Virus record (IMG/VR): IMGVR_UViG_3300014208_000039
Location: 1-64,000 of that record
Source: a virus
Lineage: Duplodnaviria > Caudoviricetes
Reading direction: 5' to 3' (one strand)
DNA length: 64,000 nt
This document shows positions 41,001-50,309 of the stretch, piece after piece (position 1 is the first letter of the stretch; each line of letters opens with the position of its first letter). The translations under genes were made by a program, and so were the position numbers. The notes below the pieces were generated by a model, which was not told where the DNA came from, made no database searches, and saw only the letters and a list, made by a program, of their open reading frames with translations.

Positions 41001-44000
41001 TTAAATAATGATATCTATTTCAATTTTAACGGAGTTGGACCAATTACTATCTTTGGAACTTGTAACCCAACACCAAATCCTACAACCGTTTCAGGTAAAA
41101 CGTTGGATTATTATGGTTGTACGTTTGTTTTAAGAGACGTAAATGAAAATGATAAAATTGATTTATTATTTACCGATATAACCAATTGTGATTTAAAGAT
41201 AAAAGTTGAAGGATTAGGTATAAATTGGATAAATAGTGATGAATATGTTATAGTACCTAAAGTACAATATAGGCAATCTTATGATTACGGTTTAAAAAAC
41301 GACTCATATGTTTTAGTGAGTGGAATGACTATTACATCAAAGATGGTAGATCAATTAGTTGTGGGTGATGTTATTCTTATGTATGACTATAATAGTAATT
41401 ACATTAGTAACCAACTATTAAAAGATGGAATTACAAATAACGATTTATCGTTTATAAGACAATATGTACCGAAAACAATTTCAGACATAGATTGTTTAGC
41501 TTCAAACAAAAAATATATAATTAACGGAAATATTGAAGTTCTACCAACTAGTAAAATGTTTGTTTATACTAAACAATATGTAGATATAGATGGTAATGTT
41601 TCCGATAATGGTAGTTATTTCTTTGATTATAGATTTCCAGAATATTTAAAAATTAGAACAACAGGTACAACCGATAATTCATGTTGTGGTGAGAGTAATA
41701 TTAATAATGGGGATTATTTAATTGGTTCGGATGGTAAGATGATTGAAATTCTCACTTTGGAATTAGATTATTGTGATTCAGAACTTTATTATAATATTAA
41801 TGTAACCGACGATTCAGGTTTAGAATTTTTAACCGTATTTAACGGAATGATAACAGGTACAACAGTAATGATTGGACATAATTATGTACCATTTACTACA
41901 ATGGACGAAGAGTTATCACAAACATATGATAACGGTTCTTGTGTTGTTACTGATCCTGATAGAAATTATATAATTCCATGTACAGGTACACCTATTGTAA
42001 ATTGTGATATTGTCGGATTTGCACTATGGGTCGATAATGTCCCAACTCCTACACCGACTCACACTCCAACATTAACGCCAACATCAACCCCAACACCAAC
42101 ATCAACCCCAACTTCCACCCCTACATTGACACCAACATATACAACAACACCAACGTTAACTCCTACACATATTGTAAACTGTTTAATAGATGGTTATGCA
42201 GAATTTATGAACCCAACGCCAACACCTACCCCAACTATAACCACAACATCCACACCTACAATTACACCACAACCAACAGAAACAGCAACTCCGACTCCAA
42301 CGACAACATCAACAACAACATTAACACCAACGTCTACCCCTACATTGACGCCAACAAATACTCCGACTTTAACTCCAACTCAAACATATACACCTACTTT
42401 AACGCCAACGGTAACTGGCGCCCCTGTCTATACCTGTGACACCGAAATACCAACATGGATTGAAGGTGAAAATTACGGTAAAGTAATTGTTATTTTAGGC
42501 CCTGAAGAGGGTATGGTGACATTTGATTATGAACCTGTTATTATTAAAGATAATTTTATTATAACAGATGAAAATGGTAATTATTTAACTAGCACTGGAT
42601 TTGTTGGAGATAGTGGAACTACACAATTCTGTAAAACAAGTGGATATACATATGTGTTTGTGGAAGTATTACCAGAGGTACCAATTGGATCAATTTGGAA
42701 ATTTAAATTAAGTTGCCCAACTGGACCATGTACAACTGCAGCACCAGTACCAACACAAACTCAGACTCCAACATTAACAAATACACTTACACTTACCCCA
42801 ACATTAACGCCAACAAATACGCCTACTGTAACTAGTACTCCTACCCCTACGCCAACATTAACAGCAACACAAACTCCAACATTAACACAAACCTTAACAT
42901 CAACCTTAACATCAACGCCAACCCCAACAAATACACTTACGTCAACTTTAACGTCGACCCCAACTCCAACTCTAACATCTACGCCAACTCTAACATCTAC
43001 ACCTACTCTAACATCTACACCTACGCCAACATTAACGCCAACGCCAACACTAACTCCAACATTGACACAAACCCTTACACAAACCCATACACAAACAAGT
43101 ACGAGAACACCCACTCACACATCTACGCCAACCAGGACAAGTACTTCAACGTTAACTGCCACTCATACTCCAACATTAACGCCCACGTTAACTCTTACAT
43201 CTACTCCAACATTAACGGCTACATTAACTTCAACGCTCACACAAACAATTACAGGTGGACTAACACCCACACCAACTTCAACTCCTACAATTACGCCGAC
43301 TTTAACTGAAACGCCAACATCTACACCAACATTGACGTCAACATCTACACCAACTATGACGCCAACTATGACGCCAACTTTAACATCAACAAATACGTCA
43401 ACATTAACGCCAACAAATACACCTACTGTAACTAGTACTCCTACCCCTACGCCAACATTAACAGCAACACAAACTCCAACGTTAACGCAAACCTTAACAT
43501 CAACCTTAACATCAACGCCAACACAAACTATTACAGAAGGATTAACACCTACGCCTACATCAACACCAACGACTACGCCAACTCTAACGCCTACTTTAAC
43601 ATCTACCCCCACACTAACAATTACCGCGACAAACACATCTACCACAACACCTACTTTAACACCAACCCTAACACCTACTTTAACACCAACTCAAACATAT
43701 ACCCCAACAAGAACTGGAACGCCAACACCCACGCCAACAAGAACAAGTACTCAAACACCAACGTTAACGCCTACCCTTACACCTACCCTTACACCTTCAG
43801 CCACAGCAGTAATAGAATTTTTGGCGGCATTTGCCCTCGATAGTCTTACATGTGAAACTACAGATATAGCGGATGATCCACCAACGATTGTTTTGAATTC
43901 AGTAACAAATAGTGGATATAATTATATGGAATCAGTAAGTGAAATAACATATAATGGCGACCCAACTGAAATATTATCAAGAGGTATTTATCTTGGAACA

Positions 44001-44453
44001 AATAATCCGCCAACTGAAAGTGATAGAGTAACAACCGATGGTTCGGGTCCTGGTAAATATAATAGTAAAATAAATGATTTAGCATGTAACACTAAGTATT
44101 ATGTTAGAGCATATGCAATTACCGCATCGTATGATACAATAGTTTCAAATATTATGACCTTTACTACGCCGGCAGCAACAATATTTATTCCAGAAGCATT
44201 TTCACCAAATGGTGATAACATTCACGATACTTGGATGGTTTATGGCTTAAGTAGTTATTGTAATAATAACAATGAAATGTTTATATTCAACCAACCTGGC
44301 GAACAAGTATTCCATTCAACATCTTATCATCTTAATTGGTGGAACGGTAAAGTAAATAATACAGGATCATTGGTTCCAGTAGGAACATATTATTATGTGT
44401 TCTATCTTAACGGATCAAGATATAAATCGGCAACGGTATTCGTTAGTTATTAA
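38010..44453 (+). CDS. Giant baseplate wedge/fibre protein: wedge (gp7 / P2 gpI-like) region, Hint-like domain, Thr/Pro stalk, FN3, type IX secretion type B C-terminal domain
   Basis: [39 protein letters not shown] wedge motif; Hint-like 41289-41882; T/P tracts about 42040-43805; FN3 43878-44168; [29 protein letters not shown] 44181-44450. Confidence 0.75.
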   Translation: MVVRKKVPSQAASGADTFSDSLVGRQVTDGTSELTNTNFELDRVFPEKDSKNFRSAAFSEFLTLDDLKLESDAVSTTDNEQDDNKIKFKQSKDNGSKSIFGSLKSRINVSINRIITKFPAAVLADSETSVRTNIYTASGITYDIESNTTEFYLESSILYNPFGILLTTPSGNPDINSDNPIRNFYSSYTKYVIEITGSTYDVLEYTEPTSSNLIKLKVKGNPFQSNTTYTESYLIRPNNGISEGFFKGLDDLEQVILNRDTNPIYNATFRIPQDSFDQSKTNLVEVRVNWPVAKDNWNIKIHGIDYINYVDKIGSIADEIDDYKSNLFVRFMTAPQLFEFDSDDQKAQAVFQLYGQSFDRVKKYIDNIAFMRNVSYDGIENLPDILLKNLSTTLGFETINLTENTTIDDLLYKKQDNTFSGLSIGSNIIDGEYEFYRRLLVNLAYLYKSKGTRQSIEFFLRFIGAPEPMIKFNEYTYKIKSYPKSYNLEKDIYDVIAGTKSTTIAEFNPTGYTYSTVTTTTSINLTREEYPVIEYTNTPRSFYSNTYEMFFQKGAGWYESTLGHRSSDILDEENSVLTGRTKTLKTKSSDFTFGEDYFDAYRTLPGLDTGYEIESSVDNIKGIVSDIIPNDMFNRKNISVYITSANAVDYDIYRKSRDLSISFGSATLLPQTGVTFAEYADRILHEQITNSNTIKYTKNYIKLEDIYRDYINSTGFTPYYLGDLNEFVNLMGTNWSKLLDQIIPSSTLWTGGNLIENNRFGRPKYQYRLGCQPKEFNEDVYPDFQTTIEEDIENLVGDINNFRGLSQLTGVSFYPVIEIDGEIYPKSGDTDNFKINITSGDLFNGFSLNTCNPVNQDNLPLVCDYKLTLDIDYDLIKLQWKQKLIDLIDYINNITTGYTAGYYNYQPFLNASGIGPTTLTPTGIPKLNYEFYTDINGIEKIKFTSIKYSTNECSVLEYFDYRFTSEFDTIKNVCSIDATIQSEGSHYSGGTGSTLCLLNNDIYFNFNGVGPITIFGTCNPTPNPTTVSGKTLDYYGCTFVLRDVNENDKIDLLFTDITNCDLKIKVEGLGINWINSDEYVIVPKVQYRQSYDYGLKNDSYVLVSGMTITSKMVDQLVVGDVILMYDYNSNYISNQLLKDGITNNDLSFIRQYVPKTISDIDCLASNKKYIINGNIEVLPTSKMFVYTKQYVDIDGNVSDNGSYFFDYRFPEYLKIRTTGTTDNSCCGESNINNGDYLIGSDGKMIEILTLELDYCDSELYYNINVTDDSGLEFLTVFNGMITGTTVMIGHNYVPFTTMDEELSQTYDNGSCVVTDPDRNYIIPCTGTPIVNCDIVGFALWVDNVPTPTPTHTPTLTPTSTPTPTSTPTSTPTLTPTYTTTPTLTPTHIVNCLIDGYAEFMNPTPTPTPTITTTSTPTITPQPTETATPTPTTTSTTTLTPTSTPTLTPTNTPTLTPTQTYTPTLTPTVTGAPVYTCDTEIPTWIEGENYGKVIVILGPEEGMVTFDYEPVIIKDNFIITDENGNYLTSTGFVGDSGTTQFCKTSGYTYVFVEVLPEVPIGSIWKFKLSCPTGPCTTAAPVPTQTQTPTLTNTLTLTPTLTPTNTPTVTSTPTPTPTLTATQTPTLTQTLTSTLTSTPTPTNTLTSTLTSTPTPTLTSTPTLTSTPTLTSTPTPTLTPTPTLTPTLTQTLTQTHTQTSTRTPTHTSTPTRTSTSTLTATHTPTLTPTLTLTSTPTLTATLTSTLTQTITGGLTPTPTSTPTITPTLTETPTSTPTLTSTSTPTMTPTMTPTLTSTNTSTLTPTNTPTVTSTPTPTPTLTATQTPTLTQTLTSTLTSTPTQTITEGLTPTPTSTPTTTPTLTPTLTSTPTLTITATNTSTTTPTLTPTLTPTLTPTQTYTPTRTGTPTPTPTRTSTQTPTLTPTLTPTLTPSATAVIEFLAAFALDSLTCETTDIADDPPTIVLNSVTNSGYNYMESVSEITYNGDPTEILSRGIYLGTNNPPTESDRVTTDGSGPGKYNSKINDLACNTKYYVRAYAITASYDTIVSNIMTFTTPAATIFIPEAFSPNGDNIHDTWMVYGLSSYCNNNNEMFIFNQPGEQVFHSTSYHLNWWNGKVNNTGSLVPVGTYYYVFYLNGSRYKSATVFVSY
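42040..43805 (+). repeat. Thr/Pro low-complexity tandem repeats ([12 protein letters not shown]), including a 124-bp direct repeat
   Basis: Three T/P tracts. 42799-42922 and 43399-43522 are identical except for 3 synonymous A/G differences; offset exactly 600 bp. Confidence 0.95.
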
Positions 44454-44464
44454 AAATAAAGATT

Positions 44465-45358
44465 ATGGCATATTTTAAAACAGGAAAAAAAAGATCATTA
44501 ACAGTTACAATTACCAAAAAGTCAAATGGTGATATAGTAAGTGGATACCCAAAAGTTTATTCAGGAACAACTACATTTACTTGGGATGGTGTTATTTACC
44601 CAACATTAACTGGAACTACATTTGAAGAGTTGTCATATGAAGATTACTTAACAAGATTAGAAGATTTTAAACAATATGTTCAAAGCCTTGAATCAGGCTT
44701 AGATATTGACAGAGATTTAGATCCAAATTATCCACCTACAAGTATAGGTGATGTTGCTCAATGCTCACCTGAACCATCTCAATGTACAACAACATTTATA
44801 GTAAGTAAACTGACATCTGGCGCCAGCGGTTATATAGAAAATAATGGCGATGAAATATATTTAATTTCAGGAATAGAAGGAACGTTATTAAATATAACTG
44901 GTACTACGACTAACGGAACGGTAATAGTTGGATGGTCTGAAGATAGTTATGGTAATAATTTATTATCTACAGGTTCAACATTTAACATACCGCTAAGTTG
45001 TGGAAAAACATATTATTTTGTTATAAGACAAAATGCGGTCGCAATTAAAAGATTCTGTTATTATCCTCCGTCAACTATTCTTGATGAAATATGTACTTCT
45101 TGTAACGAATCAGTAGATGTTTATTTTGATTATTTAGATATGATAGCGAATGGGTTTGAAAATATTACATGGTATAGTGATTTTGACTTAACAATTGAAT
45201 TACCAGATGGTTTTTATAAATTATCGGAAATTACAGCAAGTTATCGAGGTTCAATTATTGTTACTGTTTTGAATTTCCCACCTATATATACAATTGTTAA
45301 TGGTCTTGTAACGGAAAAAGGATTTTGTGATCCCGATTTACTATACTGTTGTATTTAA
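44465..45358 (+). CDS. Putative virion protein, Cys-rich
   Basis: Directly follows the giant wedge gene; several Cys motifs and [ST]GxT motifs. Confidence 0.5.
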   Translation: MAYFKTGKKRSLTVTITKKSNGDIVSGYPKVYSGTTTFTWDGVIYPTLTGTTFEELSYEDYLTRLEDFKQYVQSLESGLDIDRDLDPNYPPTSIGDVAQCSPEPSQCTTTFIVSKLTSGASGYIENNGDEIYLISGIEGTLLNITGTTTNGTVIVGWSEDSYGNNLLSTGSTFNIPLSCGKTYYFVIRQNAVAIKRFCYYPPSTILDEICTSCNESVDVYFDYLDMIANGFENITWYSDFDLTIELPDGFYKLSEITASYRGSIIVTVLNFPPIYTIVNGLVTEKGFCDPDLLYCCI

Positions 45359-45390
45359 TTATATAATTTTTTTAACTATATTTAATATAT

Positions 45391-48300
45391 ATGTCAAGTG
45401 TAACGATAAATTTAAATAGTACTGATTATAATTCAACTAAACCTAGTTATGGTTCAGTAGGACAATATGCCACAAATCTTAGATTTGCTAATAAATCCAA
45501 AGCATTGAAATTTACTAATGCCGATTATGGAATTGCAACCGTAACAATAAGTTTTACTGGATCAATAGATTATGGATCGGTATATTTTTCTGATCCAAAT
45601 GGCGGGGATGTGTCGGTATCAAAAAACATTGATGGAATTTATATGGTTAGTAATGAAATAGCCAAAATTGAAAATATTTTTTATCAAAACGGAACAGGTG
45701 GCACCACTACTTATTATGTTATTATTAATTCAAATACTTCATTAAAATCAGCCGAATTAAATGTATCAGTTGCACTTGGAAAATACAATACAAAACCTTC
45801 AGGAACTAGTTTTACTATAAATTGCTCTTGCCAAGACCCAATTTATACATACACAACTGGATTACACACATATTCACCTTATGATGCTAAAAGTGATTTA
45901 TCAAAACTTACAACTATTTTATATTCACGAGTTCCAATAGGATCGTGGACACCTGGTACTAAAGTTTATTGTACTAATACATTTAGTCATCCAGCTTTGC
46001 CATATTTTTATGGATACGGGGCAAATGTTTATCAAGTCGGTGATGAAATCGATAGATCATATGGTACTAAAAAACAATATACGGTTAAGAAAAAAATATT
46101 CGGTAAGCCTAAAACAACTGAGCAAACAATAATAGGAAATACATTCAATTTAACCAATCAAACGTCAGAAGCGTGTGTTGTTCCATCAATGAGTAGAGTT
46201 GGACAAATAACGAACATATTATCCGCATCTTCATTAATACAACCATCACAATATAGATATTATTTAGGATATAATTCTACAAATAAACAACAATCAAATG
46301 ATAGCGTGTTTACTACATATGATTTTGGAACAAAACAACATAATCCGATAACTGGCGCACTTCATGCGTTAGAGAAAGTGACGCAAGGGGTTATTGTTGG
46401 TTACAATACAACTTGGGACCCAAATATTTGGTCTGCCGTTGCAGGTGGTGCTTTAGGATTAGGAGCAGTAATAGCACTGGCTGAGGGTACTGCAATTAAT
46501 GCAGCTGCGGGTTTATTATTGGACTATTTAATAGGTATATTATCCGATACATGGATTGGCGCAGCAATTACCGCCGCACAAGGAATTCCAGTATGGGGTC
46601 AAATTGCTTTTTTAGTTGTTGCATTACTTGCATTATTATGGGGTATACTTAGAACTAAAACAACTGTTTATAGGGAAGACTGTAAATTATTTTTACATCA
46701 TTTTACCGATACACCGTATATCGAATTAACAAGTAAATTATATAGGGATGAAGATTTAACTGTTCAAAATAATGGGTATTATTGTGATGGAGTTTATTTC
46801 TTTGAACAAACAGGTATTGGAACAGGTAAAACTATAACATCGAAAGAATTATCTTCATGTTACACAACTATTTCAACAAACCCAACTAAATATGGAACAT
46901 TATATTCATTACAAGCCGATAACCCAACGTTAGTGACAAATTTTCAAAAGCTAATTGTTTTATTATATGAATCGGGTAAACCGTCACCTTATTGTGGTGG
47001 GGATAATGTATATTATAGTAGTTATATGTCGCAATACGTAACAGGAAAAACTTGTTGTGATTTGGAGGTTTGTAATTCATATTTAATTGAGTTTGACGCT
47101 GGATTAGAATGGAGTTGTATTAGTGTTGCTGACGCAAATAGTAAAGTTACACCTAAGTTTAATGCTGCAGCATCTTATGCGCAAAGTCAAGGAAATTTTA
47201 ATACATTATTAACAGACGCCGACTTAGGTGAGTTACCATCATATTTTACACATGAATTAAAGGTAGAAAACACACCAACTCAAACAAGCTTTTATTATGA
47301 TAAAAGAATAAATACTAATCCAGATGTCGGTATGTCAATATATTACGATCCTTGTGGATGTACTAAAGTATTAGACGGTTATTATGGTATAACAGGTATA
47401 ACATATTATAGAACATTTTATCATACTACTAATGGAGCTATCGATGGAATTTATTACATGTCCACGTCAGGAAGTACTACTACCACTACTTTAGAACCAA
47501 TTATATTAACAAATTTAAATTATACAAGTAATTGGTTTTTAAAAGGCTCAAATAATGTACTTTTACAATATTATACAGATAATATTGAATTGGATAGGTT
47601 ATTTAATCCAAATTCCTTGTATACTAATCCGATGCTGGTTAAAGGGTTTATTAATGATCTAACAAGTTTAGATGATTTTAAAAGATATACGGGAACAACT
47701 GAATCACAAAGTACTGAAGCCGATACGGGTTGGTATAGGCCATTAATCGACTGGATTGAACCGTTACCGTTCTATTACAATAAAACACAAACGATAACAT
47801 TGAATACTGAAGAAGTATGTGATTTTATGGTTAGTGGATCAACACTTAGAGGATTTAATATTGTTGGGGTTGACGCTGATTTATTAGAAACGCCAACACA
47901 TAATGTAGTTAACTTAACAGTTAATGTGTATAGTAATACAGGATTAACTGCGACATATATTTGTGATACTTTACCTTCAGATTCAAAAACATTTATTCCG
48001 TTTGATGTACAAGTTGGATCAACTGAAGATGTTACAGGTATTACAATTTCATCAATCAATTCAACTAATCCCATAAATAAAACCACATACGCAATCGGTA
48101 CGTTTACTGATTGCGATTTAACAGAATATAATTTACCGACAGTAACAATTAGTTCACCACTAACATTTGTATCAGAGGCAATGGCCACCGCAACGGGTAA
48201 TGTAACAAATGATGGTGGTGCCGTTGTAACAGACAGAGGATTTGTTTGGGGGACAAACAGTGGAGTGACATTATCCGACTCATTTACTAATTCAGGTAAC

Positions 48301-50154
48301 GGAACAGGAATTTTTTCAGGTAACATAACACAATTATCTGGAAATACAACATATTATGTAAGGTCGTACGCCACAAACATTAAAGGTACATCATATAGTA
48401 ACGAAATTACATATGTATATAATATTCCGACTCCTACACCGACATCAACTCTTACATCTACGCCAACATTAACACCTACATTAACATCAACACCCACAAC
48501 ATCAGTTTGTATTGAAGAAGTTGTTGTATACGGAGCTTTGTATAATTTTTATGCAGTTCTTGATTCTAGGAATATAGCAAATATAGGATGGCATATTTCT
48601 GCCTATGCCGATTTGCAGACAATGGTTGCTTATTTAGGGTCTACTACTGCCGGACAAAAAACTAAAGAATCCGGAACATTACATTGGCAGTCTCCAAATA
48701 CAGGGACAAACATAGCCTTATTTAATGCAAGAGGGGCTGGAACAAGGGCTACAGATGGTACCTTTGGTAGTTTGTTACAGTATTTCCAAATATGGCATTC
48801 TACAGCATATGATGCAAGTCATGGGGCCACTTCGTGGTGGACTTCTGGTAGTAATTCTATTACGTCGGCTATTAATTTTGCTGGATATCCGTATAAGCAA
48901 GGTATGAGTTTGCGTCTTGTCAAAGATTTTACAACCTTATCTGATGGTCAAACTGGAACTTATATAGGTAATAATGGTAAAGTTTACAGGACTATTTGTA
49001 TAGGTACACAGGAATGGTTAGCGGACAGCCTAAACGAGACTAAATACCAAAATGGAGATTGGATCACTGGATATGATGGAGGAGTTTATACTCCAATCTC
49101 GAACGCAACTTGGGCCGCACTAACTACAGGAGCTATGTCCTATTATAATGATGATGTAAATAATGGAAGTATATTGCAACCTTGTCCTACACCTACACCC
49201 ACGCCAACTTTAACGGCTACATCTACGTTAACACCCACTTTAACAAACACACCTACGTTAACTGAAACTCCCACATTAACGCCAACGTTAACCCTAACAG
49301 CAACTCCAACGTCAACTCAAACACCTACGTCAACTCAAACTAGTACTCCAACATCAACTCTTACATCTACGCCTACTCCTACAATGATATCACAATGTTT
49401 TAATATTGGAACCGGATTTAGTAGTACTGTTTATTCAATAGATGTTCAAACCGATGGTAAGATATTGGTTGGAGGATCTTTTACATCGTATTCAGGTGTA
49501 ACATCAAATTATATAATAAGGTTAAATAGTGATGGATCAATTGATACTGGATTTACAATTGGAACAGGATTTAGTTCAACAACACTATCTATATATGTTC
49601 AGCCAGATGGTAAGATATTGATTGGAGGGAACTTCATAACATATTCTGGCGTAACATCAAATTATATAATAAGGTTAAATAGTGATGGATCAATCGATAC
49701 TGGATTTACAATTGGAACAGGATTTAATGCTGCCGCACGTTCTATATATGTTCAGTCTGATGGTAAGATATTGGTTGGAGGATCTTTTACATCGTATTCA
49801 GGTGTAACATCAAATAGGATAATAAGGTTAAATAGTGATGGATCAATTGATACTGGATTTACAATTGGAACAGGATTTAGTTCAACAACATATTCTATAT
49901 ATGTTCAGTCTGATGGTAAGATATTGGTTGGAGGGAACTTCACAACATACTCAGGTGTAACATCAAATTATATAATAAGGTTAAATAGTGATGGATCAAT
50001 CGATACTGGATTTACAATTGGAACAGTAATTACTAATAGTGTTTCTTCTCTTAGAATTCAGACAGATAATAAGATATTGGCTGTTGGTGTGTTCACAACA
50101 CCAAATAGGATAATAAGATTAAATAGTGATGGAACTACTGATAATTGCATATAA
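45391..50154 (+). CDS. Tail fibre / adhesin-like protein: hydrophobic segment, FN3, T/P linker, permuted FISUMP domain, T/P linker, delta-60 (DUF5122) repeats
   Basis: FN3 LPTVT..DGGAVVTDRGFVW..TTYYVRSYATN (48133-48420); FISUMP halves YGALYNFYAV..SLRLVKD and GKVYRTICIGTQEWLA..YYNDD (48529-49155); VQTDGKILVGGSF..IIRLNSDGSIDTGF repeats. Confidence 0.75.
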   Translation: MSSVTINLNSTDYNSTKPSYGSVGQYATNLRFANKSKALKFTNADYGIATVTISFTGSIDYGSVYFSDPNGGDVSVSKNIDGIYMVSNEIAKIENIFYQNGTGGTTTYYVIINSNTSLKSAELNVSVALGKYNTKPSGTSFTINCSCQDPIYTYTTGLHTYSPYDAKSDLSKLTTILYSRVPIGSWTPGTKVYCTNTFSHPALPYFYGYGANVYQVGDEIDRSYGTKKQYTVKKKIFGKPKTTEQTIIGNTFNLTNQTSEACVVPSMSRVGQITNILSASSLIQPSQYRYYLGYNSTNKQQSNDSVFTTYDFGTKQHNPITGALHALEKVTQGVIVGYNTTWDPNIWSAVAGGALGLGAVIALAEGTAINAAAGLLLDYLIGILSDTWIGAAITAAQGIPVWGQIAFLVVALLALLWGILRTKTTVYREDCKLFLHHFTDTPYIELTSKLYRDEDLTVQNNGYYCDGVYFFEQTGIGTGKTITSKELSSCYTTISTNPTKYGTLYSLQADNPTLVTNFQKLIVLLYESGKPSPYCGGDNVYYSSYMSQYVTGKTCCDLEVCNSYLIEFDAGLEWSCISVADANSKVTPKFNAAASYAQSQGNFNTLLTDADLGELPSYFTHELKVENTPTQTSFYYDKRINTNPDVGMSIYYDPCGCTKVLDGYYGITGITYYRTFYHTTNGAIDGIYYMSTSGSTTTTTLEPIILTNLNYTSNWFLKGSNNVLLQYYTDNIELDRLFNPNSLYTNPMLVKGFINDLTSLDDFKRYTGTTESQSTEADTGWYRPLIDWIEPLPFYYNKTQTITLNTEEVCDFMVSGSTLRGFNIVGVDADLLETPTHNVVNLTVNVYSNTGLTATYICDTLPSDSKTFIPFDVQVGSTEDVTGITISSINSTNPINKTTYAIGTFTDCDLTEYNLPTVTISSPLTFVSEAMATATGNVTNDGGAVVTDRGFVWGTNSGVTLSDSFTNSGNGTGIFSGNITQLSGNTTYYVRSYATNIKGTSYSNEITYVYNIPTPTPTSTLTSTPTLTPTLTSTPTTSVCIEEVVVYGALYNFYAVLDSRNIANIGWHISAYADLQTMVAYLGSTTAGQKTKESGTLHWQSPNTGTNIALFNARGAGTRATDGTFGSLLQYFQIWHSTAYDASHGATSWWTSGSNSITSAINFAGYPYKQGMSLRLVKDFTTLSDGQTGTYIGNNGKVYRTICIGTQEWLADSLNETKYQNGDWITGYDGGVYTPISNATWAALTTGAMSYYNDDVNNGSILQPCPTPTPTPTLTATSTLTPTLTNTPTLTETPTLTPTLTLTATPTSTQTPTSTQTSTPTSTLTSTPTPTMISQCFNIGTGFSSTVYSIDVQTDGKILVGGSFTSYSGVTSNYIIRLNSDGSIDTGFTIGTGFSSTTLSIYVQPDGKILIGGNFITYSGVTSNYIIRLNSDGSIDTGFTIGTGFNAAARSIYVQSDGKILVGGSFTSYSGVTSNRIIRLNSDGSIDTGFTIGTGFSSTTYSIYVQSDGKILVGGNFTTYSGVTSNYIIRLNSDGSIDTGFTIGTVITNSVSSLRIQTDNKILAVGVFTTPNRIIRLNSDGTTDNCI
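49408..50142 (+). repeat. Delta-60 beta-propeller repeats, 153-bp period, four full units plus one partial
   Basis: Units start at 49408, 49561, 49714, 49867 and 50020; near-identical at DNA level. Confidence 0.92.
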
Positions 50155-50281
50155 TGGCAGTACGTTTGTTGTCGCAGGTACTGGAGATAATACTTTGGCG
50201 TATTCAAGTAATGGAACATCTTGGGCCGGGTTAGGAATATCAGTATTCAGTACGAACGGGCGTACCATATGTTCAAAATAA
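50129..50281 (+). pseudogene. Out-of-frame remnant of a different beta-propeller repeat
   Basis: The +1 frame reads IIAYNGSTFVVAGTGDNTLAYSSNGTSWAGLGISVFSTNGRTICSK, overlapping the stop of the 1587-aa ORF. Confidence 0.55.
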
Positions 50282-50309
50282 TTAAATTTTTATATGTATA
50301 TTTATAATT

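Noticed and set aside
42799-43522. 124-bp repeat pair as a DGR template/variable repeat
   Set aside because: Only 3 mismatches, all synonymous and in both A/G directions; no reverse transcriptase in the window. A DGR elsewhere targeting the FISUMP domain cannot be excluded.
42761-43645. Val/Gly-rich minus-strand ORFs (also 50594-50809)
   Set aside because: They are antisense shadows of ACN/CCN (Thr/Pro) codon repeats on the + strand.
42040-50142. CRISPR array
   Set aside because: The repeats are in-frame coding repeats without unique spacers, and no cas genes are present.
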